DNA of 64,000 nucleotides from the IMG/VR virus record IMGVR_UViG_3300032116_000159, positions 2,613 through 66,612 of that record. One strand, 5' to 3'. The notes beneath the pieces were generated by a model, which searched no databases, was not told where the DNA came from, and saw only the letters and a program-made list of their open reading frames with translations. The stretch is from a virus. The position numbers and the translations under genes are program-made. How positions within the stretch are numbered: the stretch's first letter is position 1; each line of letters starts with the position of its first letter. Positions 8,720 through 16,872 of this stretch are shown here, in pieces.

Positions 8720-9097
8720 TTATACCTCGTAGTATTTTCCTAATACAGTACCGATATCGTCATACGCAGATTCGAATCTTTGTTGACTCTGACGAAGTTC
8801 ACCTGCTGTTTTCTGTAATATTTTATAGGCTTCTTTTAACTGTTTCATGTGTCGTTGTACAGTTACACCATCGAACCAATTTTCGGTTTCTTGCAGTGTC
8901 ATGTTTTCAGCAGTATCTACCAGCCAACCGATCTCTTCAACCTTTTGACGAATTTCTTCTGATTTCACAAACGACTCTTTATAGTTACCGTATTGTCTAC
9001 ATGCTTCTAAAAATGCACGCTTTTCTGATTTCGTGTATCGCAGATTATCGCCAGTTGCATTTTCTTTAAGGAATTTTTTTAAAGTATTCGATTTCAT
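8720..9097 (-). CDS. Helical head-module protein
   Basis: 125-aa coiled-coil ORF next to the protease; leader LKKFLKE. Confidence 0.75.
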   Translation of the reverse strand: MKSNTLKKFLKENATGDNLRYTKSEKRAFLEACRQYGNYKESFVKSEEIRQKVEEIGWLVDTAENMTLQETENWFDGVTVQRHMKQLKEAYKILQKTAGELRQSQQRFESAYDDIGTVLGKYYEV

Positions 9098-9108
9098 ATA
9101 TACCTATT

Positions 9109-9717
9109 TTATTTTAAACAACATACACCAGAAAGTTCGCATATAATATCGCGTATGAGAACATTAGCGATATCGTAACTTTCAGTATTCGGATTTGCTG
9201 ATTCGTTTACACGTTGCATGAACGCGCCTTGAGTTGAAGGATTTGAAACGAAATCCCATCCGACAAGTGTAAAATCTGGTTGCACCTCTACGGTAGTTTC
9301 ATCTAATTGACGCACACTTCCCATACCTCTTGAACTAATACCCAACGTAACACCGGCTTTGAATAGTTCTTTAAGTATATTACCGGACGGTGTATTCAGA
9401 ATCTGAACTTTACCGTATACGTCATCGCCTTTCCATTCCACATTCAGAATATTATGGGATACATTGCGTAAATTCACTACACTCGATTCAGGATGATCTA
9501 ATTCCCCCAACGCCCTCTTCTGTGCAATTTCTACTTTACGGTATCGTTCGATTTCACGTTCGAGTATCGGTTTCGGATATATTCTCCCATTTTGGTTTTT
9601 TACACCAGCACGTTGCAATACACCTTCGACAATAAAAGAATTGTCGCCGTACTTCGATTCGGTTATCGAGTCACGTGTATAAATGAAATTGCCGTATTCT
9701 ACCAATAAGTTTTTCAT
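9109..9717 (-). CDS. gp21: Prohead core protease, T4 gp21 family
   Basis: KNQNGRIYP, ALGELDHP (catalytic His), VSH, NTPSG, GISSRGMGS (catalytic Ser), DFVSNPS. Confidence 0.97.
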   Translation of the reverse strand: MKNLLVEYGNFIYTRDSITESKYGDNSFIVEGVLQRAGVKNQNGRIYPKPILEREIERYRKVEIAQKRALGELDHPESSVVNLRNVSHNILNVEWKGDDVYGKVQILNTPSGNILKELFKAGVTLGISSRGMGSVRQLDETTVEVQPDFTLVGWDFVSNPSTQGAFMQRVNESANPNTESYDIANVLIRDIICELSGVCCLK

Positions 9718-9726
9718 ATCGTTTTC

Positions 9727-9900
9727 TTATTTAGTTTTACCTTCTTCAACTGAAGCCTTTCTGTATAGAGGTAATAACTTTTTCAATTCGTTTGCGAATT
9801 TTCTTGCTTCACTTTGCGATTTTTTTGTTTGACCATTATGCGATTCTTCAAAAGATTCCCACAATTTACTAATTGATTCAAATAATTCATTCTTTGTCAT
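9727..9900 (-). CDS. Hc1 / histone H1-like small DNA-binding protein (57 aa)
   Basis: Manual translation MTKNELFESISKLWESFEESHNGQTKKSQSEARKFANELKKLLPLYRKASVEEGKTK*; ARK...EL.K....YRK.S.E pattern of Bacteroidota Hc1-family proteins; ATGA overlap with the upstream gene. Confidence 0.65.
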   Translation of the reverse strand: MTKNELFESISKLWESFEESHNGQTKKSQSEARKFANELKKLLPLYRKASVEEGKTK

Positions 9901-10502
9901 TTTCCAATCTCCCTTATTTTATTTTCTAATCGTAACAATCTTTCAGATATTTTATTGAAACGTTGGAAAGTTTGTTTTAAAAATATTTGTTGATCTGCAC
10001 CGATTTCAGTTTTTAATTTCGATAACCGATTTACAGTGCTTTCGATCTCGTATAACTGTTTCGAAACTTCTTTGATACCAGTGTTTATTTTTTGTTTAAA
10101 TGTCGAACTCGGATCGTTTTTAAAATCTTTATATGAGATCTCATCTAATTTTTTTATCGTATCGCTCATACGAGACAGTAATTGTTCAACAATTGCAGGT
10201 TCGTAGTATTTAGGTATCATATTCTTTTTCTTTTTCTTTTTAGAAGTAAATGCATATGGTGTTTGATATTCACCGCCCGCACTTGCTGTTGTGTTCATCT
10301 CGTCGACTTCATCGTATTCATCTACAGTATCTAACGGTTCGGTACCTTCTTCTTTTCTCCACCCACCACCAGCATCTTTATATTCACCTGCTGCCCACGC
10401 GTTTGCATATGCAGACGGATACACATCGAATTTTTTTTTAGCTCGTGATTTATAATACGACCATTTTTGTTTATCGGTCGGCACATTTTTCTCTGTTAAC
10501 AT
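9897..10502 (-). CDS. Modular hypothetical protein (basic YPSAYA module plus coiled coil)
   Basis: KKKFDVYPSAYANAW..EYK..GG.W module, acidic linker, GEYQTPYAF, C-terminal coiled coil. Confidence 0.75.
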   Translation of the reverse strand: MLTEKNVPTDKQKWSYYKSRAKKKFDVYPSAYANAWAAGEYKDAGGGWRKEEGTEPLDTVDEYDEVDEMNTTASAGGEYQTPYAFTSKKKKKKNMIPKYYEPAIVEQLLSRMSDTIKKLDEISYKDFKNDPSSTFKQKINTGIKEVSKQLYEIESTVNRLSKLKTEIGADQQIFLKQTFQRFNKISERLLRLENKIREIGK

Positions 10503-10819
10503 TATGCCCCAGTTTTAACATACACGGGTTTTTGCCCTTTTTTCTGCTCTCCACCTTTCTTCGCATCTCCACCTTTTTTCTGAGCAGCTCTTTTTCTATT
10601 TACAAATGATGCGATTCCTTTTTTTCCTAATTTTGACGCTTTCTCTTTCGATAAACATGCTGAATACGCATCCCCCTCTTTTGCATCACCGCACTTTCCA
10701 ACCTTTTCACCTTTTGAATTGTATCGGTCCCATCCACCACCAGTTGAAGATCCTGACCCGCCTTTGCCAAACCACTTTCTAAGGTCTTCTTTATAAATGT
10801 CAGTTAACTTTAGACTCAT
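10502..10819 (-). CDS. Small basic protein, DUF5872-like
   Basis: EDLRKWF...W...CG...C...RKRAA; Lys/Gly-rich. Confidence 0.6.
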   Translation of the reverse strand: MSLKLTDIYKEDLRKWFGKGGSGSSTGGGWDRYNSKGEKVGKCGDAKEGDAYSACLSKEKASKLGKKGIASFVNRKRAAQKKGGDAKKGGEQKKGQKPVYVKTGA

Positions 10820-11660
10820 TACGTGATTCCAAGTGATGAATAAGTTCGTAATATTTAATCATTGATGAAATATGTTCGTCTTTAACACGTTTAGCATTTA
10901 CAATCTCATTCGCTAAATTTGTCACTTCGTTCAATTTTATTTTTAATGCTGTATCCTCAACCTTGCGTATCAGAGAATACAATGATTTTTGTATACCGAT
11001 AGCTTCGGTATATATAAATTCTTTAAATGGTTGGAGACTTGTATTTTCAGTTATAAAACGATTTATCAATGTTTTTTGTTTCGGATTCAAGTTCTTGTAT
11101 TTGTTATTGAACTTTTCGATAACCATTTTGAACGCAAGTTGTTTGATTTCCGAACTCTGCTTATCGTATATAGACTGTGGTGATTCTGTTAATTTAGTTT
11201 TATTCGCACCTGTCAAATGTTCTAAAATCGTATCATACGAATTCACATGCCCTGTTGGATTATCTGCAGAGTCATATTCAAATAATTTATATACAGATGC
11301 TTTCAATTTATAATCGTGTACACGCGCTTCGAAGAACTTTGCAAGATCGTACTTAGATTTTATCTCAGATATCAGACTGTATTTTTCCTTATTAAGTTTT
11401 TTCTCGTCGATACTCTTTCGCTGTTTCAGTACAATCTCTACGAGTTTAAATGCAGTTGACTCTTTTTTGTTTCGTGTGTCGATTAAGGCTTGATAACATG
11501 CCAGTTCTTTATTTAACTCGGTACCTTCTTTAAAGAATTTTCTAACAATTGTCAAACTCTGATTTTTATTATTAGTCAATACGTCAGATGCGACCTGTTT
11601 AGACAGCAACTCAAAGATGATACCGGTATTTTTGTATTTTACATGTTTAAATTTCTTCAT
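10800..11660 (-). CDS. Hypothetical head-module protein
   Basis: 286-aa helical ORF between portal and protease, behind a late motif at 11685-11694. Confidence 0.75.
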   Translation of the reverse strand: MKKFKHVKYKNTGIIFELLSKQVASDVLTNNKNQSLTIVRKFFKEGTELNKELACYQALIDTRNKKESTAFKLVEIVLKQRKSIDEKKLNKEKYSLISEIKSKYDLAKFFEARVHDYKLKASVYKLFEYDSADNPTGHVNSYDTILEHLTGANKTKLTESPQSIYDKQSSEIKQLAFKMVIEKFNNKYKNLNPKQKTLINRFITENTSLQPFKEFIYTEAIGIQKSLYSLIRKVEDTALKIKLNEVTNLANEIVNAKRVKDEHISSMIKYYELIHHLESRNESKVN

Positions 11661-11684
11661 GCTATGCTACACCTATGATTTAAT

Positions 11685-11694
11685 AATAAATATT
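11685..11694 (-). promoter_or_regulatory. Putative late promoter AATATTTATT
   Basis: Variant of the recurring GATATTTATA motif. Confidence 0.5.
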
Positions 11695-11705
11695 AAGCAA
11701 TTCCC

Positions 11706-13556
11706 TTAAACTAATTCATCTAACAATGAATTTTCATCAAGCATCTTAATATTATCGATATCTGAATCGTTTTTTTTCGTTTCATTGAGTGCAACAACTT
11801 TTTTACCGAACGATTTCGCTATAAGTTCCAAATCTTTACCAGCATTTAAAAACCCGTTTGCGAATTCCTTTCTGCCTGACGGGTCTCTACCATATAACGG
11901 ATCTTTATCACGTTCAAACGATCCGTGCTTTAAAGGTCTACCAGTGTTTTCTTCACGTTTGTCTTTCTTATAGAGTTTTGTAATTCGGTCACCTGCTTCA
12001 GATTCCTCTGCATGTTTAATACCCATACTCGATGCGATTTGCATAGATACGATATCGTGAGGTGTACCAAATGATCTTCCAGTTTTCGCCGGGTCATTAC
12101 CTTCAGATTTAATCTGCTCTTCTCTGAATTCACGTTTAAGGTCTTCGATCATCAGTTCTTGCTGCTCTTCCCATTCCTCATGTGTCATATTGAATAGATT
12201 CTCGTAAACCCATTTACGGCTGAATAATTTGTTTTCTTTTATGTTCTGAATCAGATTCAGTTTCTCATTTAACAGATCGACTTTCTGACGTTCATACAAC
12301 AAAGATGGTGTCGACAATTCCAAAGAGAAATCTACAAGATCTTCATCACGGAAACCTTGCATGTATAAATGTATGTGACCAATTTTCTGCAATTCAGATA
12401 CTACAATTTTTTGAATTCTTTCTATGAATCTTGCAAATTTTATATCTTCGGCCGCAAGTGTTCCTTTACCGTCGACACCTTCATCATAACCTAAATACGC
12501 TTTCGGTATTTTCAAATACGCCATTTGTTTTTTCTGCAAATATTCGATATCCTCTAAACTACCTTCATTTGTCAAACCAGGTAACGATTCGATTCCAGTA
12601 CCACTATCAGCACCTCTTGTCGGTAAATAGAAATCCTCAAGCATATTCATGAGGTTGAAGCGTAAATTGTAGTCGCCAGTTTGAGGATCGATGTATGGTA
12701 CCTTTTTCATTGTATTCGCAACGTCTTCCATGTATCCGTCGATTGCTTCAGGTGGTAAATTTCCGACATCGATTTTAAATATACGTCTCTCAGGTGCTCT
12801 CATAATACGATGTATCAACATCGCATCTTCCATCATGGTCAATTGTTTCCAAACTTTTCTTGCGCCTTCTAATAACGATTTACCATACGGTAAAAAGTTT
12901 GTATCGGTCAGTACACGAAAATGTGCGATCTCATGATAATCGAAAACGCTTCTTGCTTTCTGATAATTAAACATCGTCTCACCCTCATAAATATATTGTG
13001 TGAGATTTTGATTATCACCTGCATAGTCATCACGTTTAATCAGTGATGGGTGAATCGGCACTGCATCCACAATACCTACTGAAGGTACTGTATTCAAGTA
13101 TAAGAATAAATCGCCATATTTACATAGCGATCTTGTCCAATGCCACAGATTAAAATCGACATTTAAAATATCGTAATATAGGTTATTAAGTATTTTTTTC
13201 TTTTCTGCATCATCGCACCGTATTGTCAATAGGTTACCATGTGCGTCTTTTACAGTAGCCTCATCTGCATATATGTCTAATGCAGATGCTAAGATCGGAT
13301 CCGATTCCATACTTTCATAATCAAGATACATAGCCATTCTTGCCGCATCGACCTGTTCGGTCTGTGAAGAATAACCGGTACCGTATTGGCTATCACCAAA
13401 TCTTGACGATTTTATACCACCGTATTTCGGCGTTATATTATTACCGATCGACTGTAATTTATCATAATCGATTACACGGAGTCGATCACCCGGTGTTTTT
13501 TTTATGATTATTTTTTGACTAAATAGTCGCTGTATTACTTTTCCTATTGCTGACAT
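11706..13556 (-). CDS. gp20: Portal protein, T4 gp20 family
   Basis: MMEDAMLIHRIMRAPERRIFKIDVGNLP, MLEDFYLPTRG, IESLPG, EDIEYLQKK, LKIPK, IKFARFIERIQ. Confidence 0.97.
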   Translation of the reverse strand: MSAIGKVIQRLFSQKIIIKKTPGDRLRVIDYDKLQSIGNNITPKYGGIKSSRFGDSQYGTGYSSQTEQVDAARMAMYLDYESMESDPILASALDIYADEATVKDAHGNLLTIRCDDAEKKKILNNLYYDILNVDFNLWHWTRSLCKYGDLFLYLNTVPSVGIVDAVPIHPSLIKRDDYAGDNQNLTQYIYEGETMFNYQKARSVFDYHEIAHFRVLTDTNFLPYGKSLLEGARKVWKQLTMMEDAMLIHRIMRAPERRIFKIDVGNLPPEAIDGYMEDVANTMKKVPYIDPQTGDYNLRFNLMNMLEDFYLPTRGADSGTGIESLPGLTNEGSLEDIEYLQKKQMAYLKIPKAYLGYDEGVDGKGTLAAEDIKFARFIERIQKIVVSELQKIGHIHLYMQGFRDEDLVDFSLELSTPSLLYERQKVDLLNEKLNLIQNIKENKLFSRKWVYENLFNMTHEEWEEQQELMIEDLKREFREEQIKSEGNDPAKTGRSFGTPHDIVSMQIASSMGIKHAEESEAGDRITKLYKKDKREENTGRPLKHGSFERDKDPLYGRDPSGRKEFANGFLNAGKDLELIAKSFGKKVVALNETKKNDSDIDNIKMLDENSLLDELV

Positions 13557-13568
13557 ATTTCAATTTTT

Positions 13569-15164
13569 TTATAGTAACCACCGTGTCGATATAGTATTAC
13601 CTTTTCCGTCATCCATTGTCCATTTTGAATTATCCCCATTCGCATTCGGTGTATACACTCGTTTGTGCATATGTTGTAATGTTTTTCTGGTCATATCTAA
13701 ACCAATCTCACGTAGTTTCAGTGCAGTATCACGAACAAATAACGCAATACCTGTCGATAATACTGCATCGTCTTTACGGCCTGGTCTTGCCTGTGCTTTA
13801 CCGTTTAGCCATACAAAAACAAGCAATTGTGATATTAGCCTCTTCGACCTTACTATAATTAGTTTTTCATTGAAATATCGCTCGATTTTTGATACGATCA
13901 TTGGACGATTTGCGGTAGTTGTTGTGAAACCAGGAACCATATCCTTTTTCGATTTCAAATCGTATCCTTTCGAAATATGTTTTATCGGATCGACATATAC
14001 ATCCTGTCTGTAACTATAAAAAATATTCGAATAATTCATGTCGATCGCTTCTTGTACAGTATCATAACCGATATTTTTATTTTCAATTACAAGCATTGCC
14101 GTGTTGTATTCGGTTGCGATCGATACCGCCATTCTACCTAAATCTCGTGGCGATACTTTTCCAATATACTCGGCAACTTGTTCCATCGATTCGACATCAA
14201 AAACTTCAATTGCAGAATCGTCGGCACCATCGCCACGAGCAACGTCTACCGATACAACATAAGATCGTGTATAATCAGGATATTTCCATATCCAATAATC
14301 GCCATCGATCCCTCTGCGTTCTAATGGATCGGTAACCATGTTTTCGTTGTACCATTTTAAAACATCACCTTCAATAACCGAATGACCTGATGTCAAAAAG
14401 TCGCAGTCACATTCCTGTGCCGCCATTCTTTCACCTAAATGGAGAGTCTGTTGGTCACGCCATTTTTGATCTCGTTCAGGATGTAGATCCCAATTAAGTT
14501 TTATCGGATTAAACGGATCTAAACCGTCTGGTGCTTTTTGTATTTCTGCATCGACCCATAATTGGTGAAATAAGTTGTCTACACCATTTGGAGTCGATAA
14601 TAATATTGCATCTCCACCTGTAGCTAATGTCATCTGTGCCGATGCCCAAATACGATCGATGTTGTCAACAAATGCAGCCTCATCTATAATCAATAGTGAA
14701 AGTGCTTCGGAACGTCCTGCTGTTGGTGAGGATGATACAGCTTTAATTGTTGAACCGTTTGCGAATGATAATTGTAGTTTATTATCATCTACTACACGCG
14801 TTTTCATCCATGACGGCAAGTTCGTATTCATTACCTTTACTTTATGTACAAGGTTCTTTGCAACATCTTGTGTTGTTGCGATTACGAGTACTTTGTAGTT
14901 TTCACGGAAAAGCATATTCATTAAAGCATATGCAGCAACCAGTGTTGAAATTCCCATTTGACGGGACTTCAATATTATATTGAATTTATGCGATATTATT
15001 TCTTCAAGGGCCCGTGTTTGAAACGGGAATAGTTGAAACGGAATTTTGCCCTGAATAGGGTGTTCGATCTTGCAGTATTTTTTTATCGCATAATTATAAT
15101 CGACACTACATCGTGCAAGTTCTTGGGTTACAATATCACGTATGTTCGGTTGTTTTTCTGACAT
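13569..15164 (-). CDS. terL: Terminase large subunit, gp17 family
   Basis: LFPFQ, Walker A KSRQMGIST, Walker B LIIDEAAF, LSTPNG, nuclease VDVARGDGADDS and DDAV. Confidence 0.97.
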   Translation of the reverse strand: MSEKQPNIRDIVTQELARCSVDYNYAIKKYCKIEHPIQGKIPFQLFPFQTRALEEIISHKFNIILKSRQMGISTLVAAYALMNMLFRENYKVLVIATTQDVAKNLVHKVKVMNTNLPSWMKTRVVDDNKLQLSFANGSTIKAVSSSPTAGRSEALSLLIIDEAAFVDNIDRIWASAQMTLATGGDAILLSTPNGVDNLFHQLWVDAEIQKAPDGLDPFNPIKLNWDLHPERDQKWRDQQTLHLGERMAAQECDCDFLTSGHSVIEGDVLKWYNENMVTDPLERRGIDGDYWIWKYPDYTRSYVVSVDVARGDGADDSAIEVFDVESMEQVAEYIGKVSPRDLGRMAVSIATEYNTAMLVIENKNIGYDTVQEAIDMNYSNIFYSYRQDVYVDPIKHISKGYDLKSKKDMVPGFTTTTANRPMIVSKIERYFNEKLIIVRSKRLISQLLVFVWLNGKAQARPGRKDDAVLSTGIALFVRDTALKLREIGLDMTRKTLQHMHKRVYTPNANGDNSKWTMDDGKGNTISTRWLL

Positions 15165-15168
15165 AGTG

Positions 15169-15564
15169 TTATCGAATTGTTGCTACAATATACGCTCCTG
15201 AAAAGATTGTAAAACCGCCTATTAGTGTACCGGCAATAAAACTGAATTGTTTAGTTTCGTACCATTTCTCTTTAGGTTTCGTAGGAAAATCTACAAATCG
15301 ATTCACGGCATTTTTATAGATGTCGATTTCTTTATTTCGATAATCGATTATTGTTTCGTTATATGAATTTAGACGAGTCAGTGCATCGACCTGTTTTAAC
15401 AGATTCGCATTTTGACTATCCTTGACTTGTAAATCGCTTTCTAAATTTTTTATACGTACCGATGCATTAATCAAGAGATCTTTGTGTACAGTGATCGAGT
15501 CTGCTTTTTGTGCGAATACGCAAATAGATATTAAAACGAAAAAAGTTGTCAGTATCTGTTTCAT
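15169..15564 (-). CDS. Secreted coiled-coil protein with C-terminal TM helix, spanin-like candidate
   Basis: Signal peptide ending VFA-Q, coiled coil, KWYE followed by hydrophobic FIAGTLIGGFTIF. Confidence 0.55.
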   Translation of the reverse strand: MKQILTTFFVLISICVFAQKADSITVHKDLLINASVRIKNLESDLQVKDSQNANLLKQVDALTRLNSYNETIIDYRNKEIDIYKNAVNRFVDFPTKPKEKWYETKQFSFIAGTLIGGFTIFSGAYIVATIR

Positions 15565-15565
15565 A

Positions 15566-15889
15566 TTATTTACTGTTTAAAATATTCAATGCGTCTTCGA
15601 CTGTTAGATCGACCGGTTTACCTTTTTTAGAATTGCGTTCGATTCGATCAAGTTCTTTTTTCAATTCAGAAATCTCTTCGAGTGTCAACTGCTTATCTCG
15701 TTCAACCTGTTCACTTTCAACTGCAAGTTTTTCTGCTTCGGTGATTTTCGAATAGACTTCGGTTACGATTTCAGTTTTATACTGATACGCATTATATAGA
15801 ATATATGCAAGTGCGCCGTTTGACATCAGCGACAGTATCATTACGATATAGATTAGTATATTACTCTGAGACTTTTGTTGTGTTTCCAT
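15566..15889 (-). CDS. N-terminal TM coiled-coil protein, i-spanin-like candidate
   Basis: Start reassigned to METQQK at 15889; ILIYIVMILSLMSNGALAYILY TM segment then coiled coil. Confidence 0.55.
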   Translation of the reverse strand: METQQKSQSNILIYIVMILSLMSNGALAYILYNAYQYKTEIVTEVYSKITEAEKLAVESEQVERDKQLTLEEISELKKELDRIERNSKKGKPVDLTVEDALNILNSK

Positions 15890-16502
15890 TATATTCTTGT
15901 ATTTTTTGTAACGCGATTTTTTTAAATTCATGGTATTCTTCACGCATTTTTTCTGCGTGTGTTCGGTCCCCATTCCAAACTTCGATTCGCCCGTCGCTAT
16001 TCACAAAGTGAGATTCGCCGGCAATTTGTTCGTAAGTTATGTCGATCTCTTTATCGGCCTGTTTGAAAAACGCTTCGGCGTTACGCATCATCTGCTCACG
16101 CTCGTACTCTTTAAATTTACCTTCTTGTTTCATTTTGGTTTCGATACGAAATTGGCAGTCTGCACATCTACCGAATTTTGCACGGAATCGCTTATCTAAT
16201 TTCGTGTACACCTTTGTACGACAATTAGGTAAACAGTTCGGATACGAATTCAAGTATTCACGTATCTCCTCTACGGCTTCTTTATGCACACCACTGCGTA
16301 CACGATATCCGTTCTTCTGTTCCCATACTGCAATAACATCACCATTCGAATCTTTCTCTTCCCAAGTCTCTCCAACTTCACGGCGTTTCGATTTCTCACT
16401 CGCTACATCAGCATCGGTGAAACCAATTTTTGTACGTGTTTGAGTTCGATGTTTACCTTCAAGCATCTCACGAACTGCTTTAACATTTTGTAACCTTGCC
16501 AT
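15861..16502 (-). CDS. Hypothetical protein with Cys pairs (possible Zn site)
   Basis: REVGETWEE, WEQKNGY, CLPNC...CADC. Confidence 0.75.
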   Translation of the reverse strand: MARLQNVKAVREMLEGKHRTQTRTKIGFTDADVASEKSKRREVGETWEEKDSNGDVIAVWEQKNGYRVRSGVHKEAVEEIREYLNSYPNCLPNCRTKVYTKLDKRFRAKFGRCADCQFRIETKMKQEGKFKEYEREQMMRNAEAFFKQADKEIDITYEQIAGESHFVNSDGRIEVWNGDRTHAEKMREEYHEFKKIALQKIQEYNGNTTKVSE

Positions 16503-16517
16503 ATTCGATATATTATA

Positions 16518-16829
16518 TTAGTCGTTTTTTGATGCGTCTTTTAATCCTTGGACCATTGCATTTATTTTACCTTTCGGTACACCTACTAAATCAGCAAACT
16601 TCACAATTGCTTCTGCCTGGTCACCGGTATTATTGAATTTCAATAGATTTTTCAATGAAGAGTTTTCAAGTTTTTCAAAAAATCTCTTGACTCTGATTTT
16701 TTTAAATTCCTTAGAAGTCTCAGTTTTTTCTTCATTAATCAATTCTGCAAGAGTTTGCTGCACCATTTTTTGTACAGCTAATCTTATCTGTTTTTCATGC
16801 AATGGGTGTTTCGGATTTCTTATGTTCAT
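16518..16829 (-). CDS. Hypothetical protein, candidate head cargo
   Basis: Late motif at 16850-16859, TAAGGA SD, leader QIRLAVQKMVQQTLAELINE. Confidence 0.7.
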   Translation of the reverse strand: MNIRNPKHPLHEKQIRLAVQKMVQQTLAELINEEKTETSKEFKKIRVKRFFEKLENSSLKNLLKFNNTGDQAEAIVKFADLVGVPKGKINAMVQGLKDASKND

Positions 16830-16872
16830 TTCATTCCTTATAATTTACTAATAAATATCTTTTTCGATTCGA

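Noticed and set aside
13569-15164. Intein or intron in terminase, portal or capsid genes
   Set aside because: ORFs are continuous, of ordinary length, with no splicing motifs; the capsid insert is Ser/Thr-rich and looks like a surface domain
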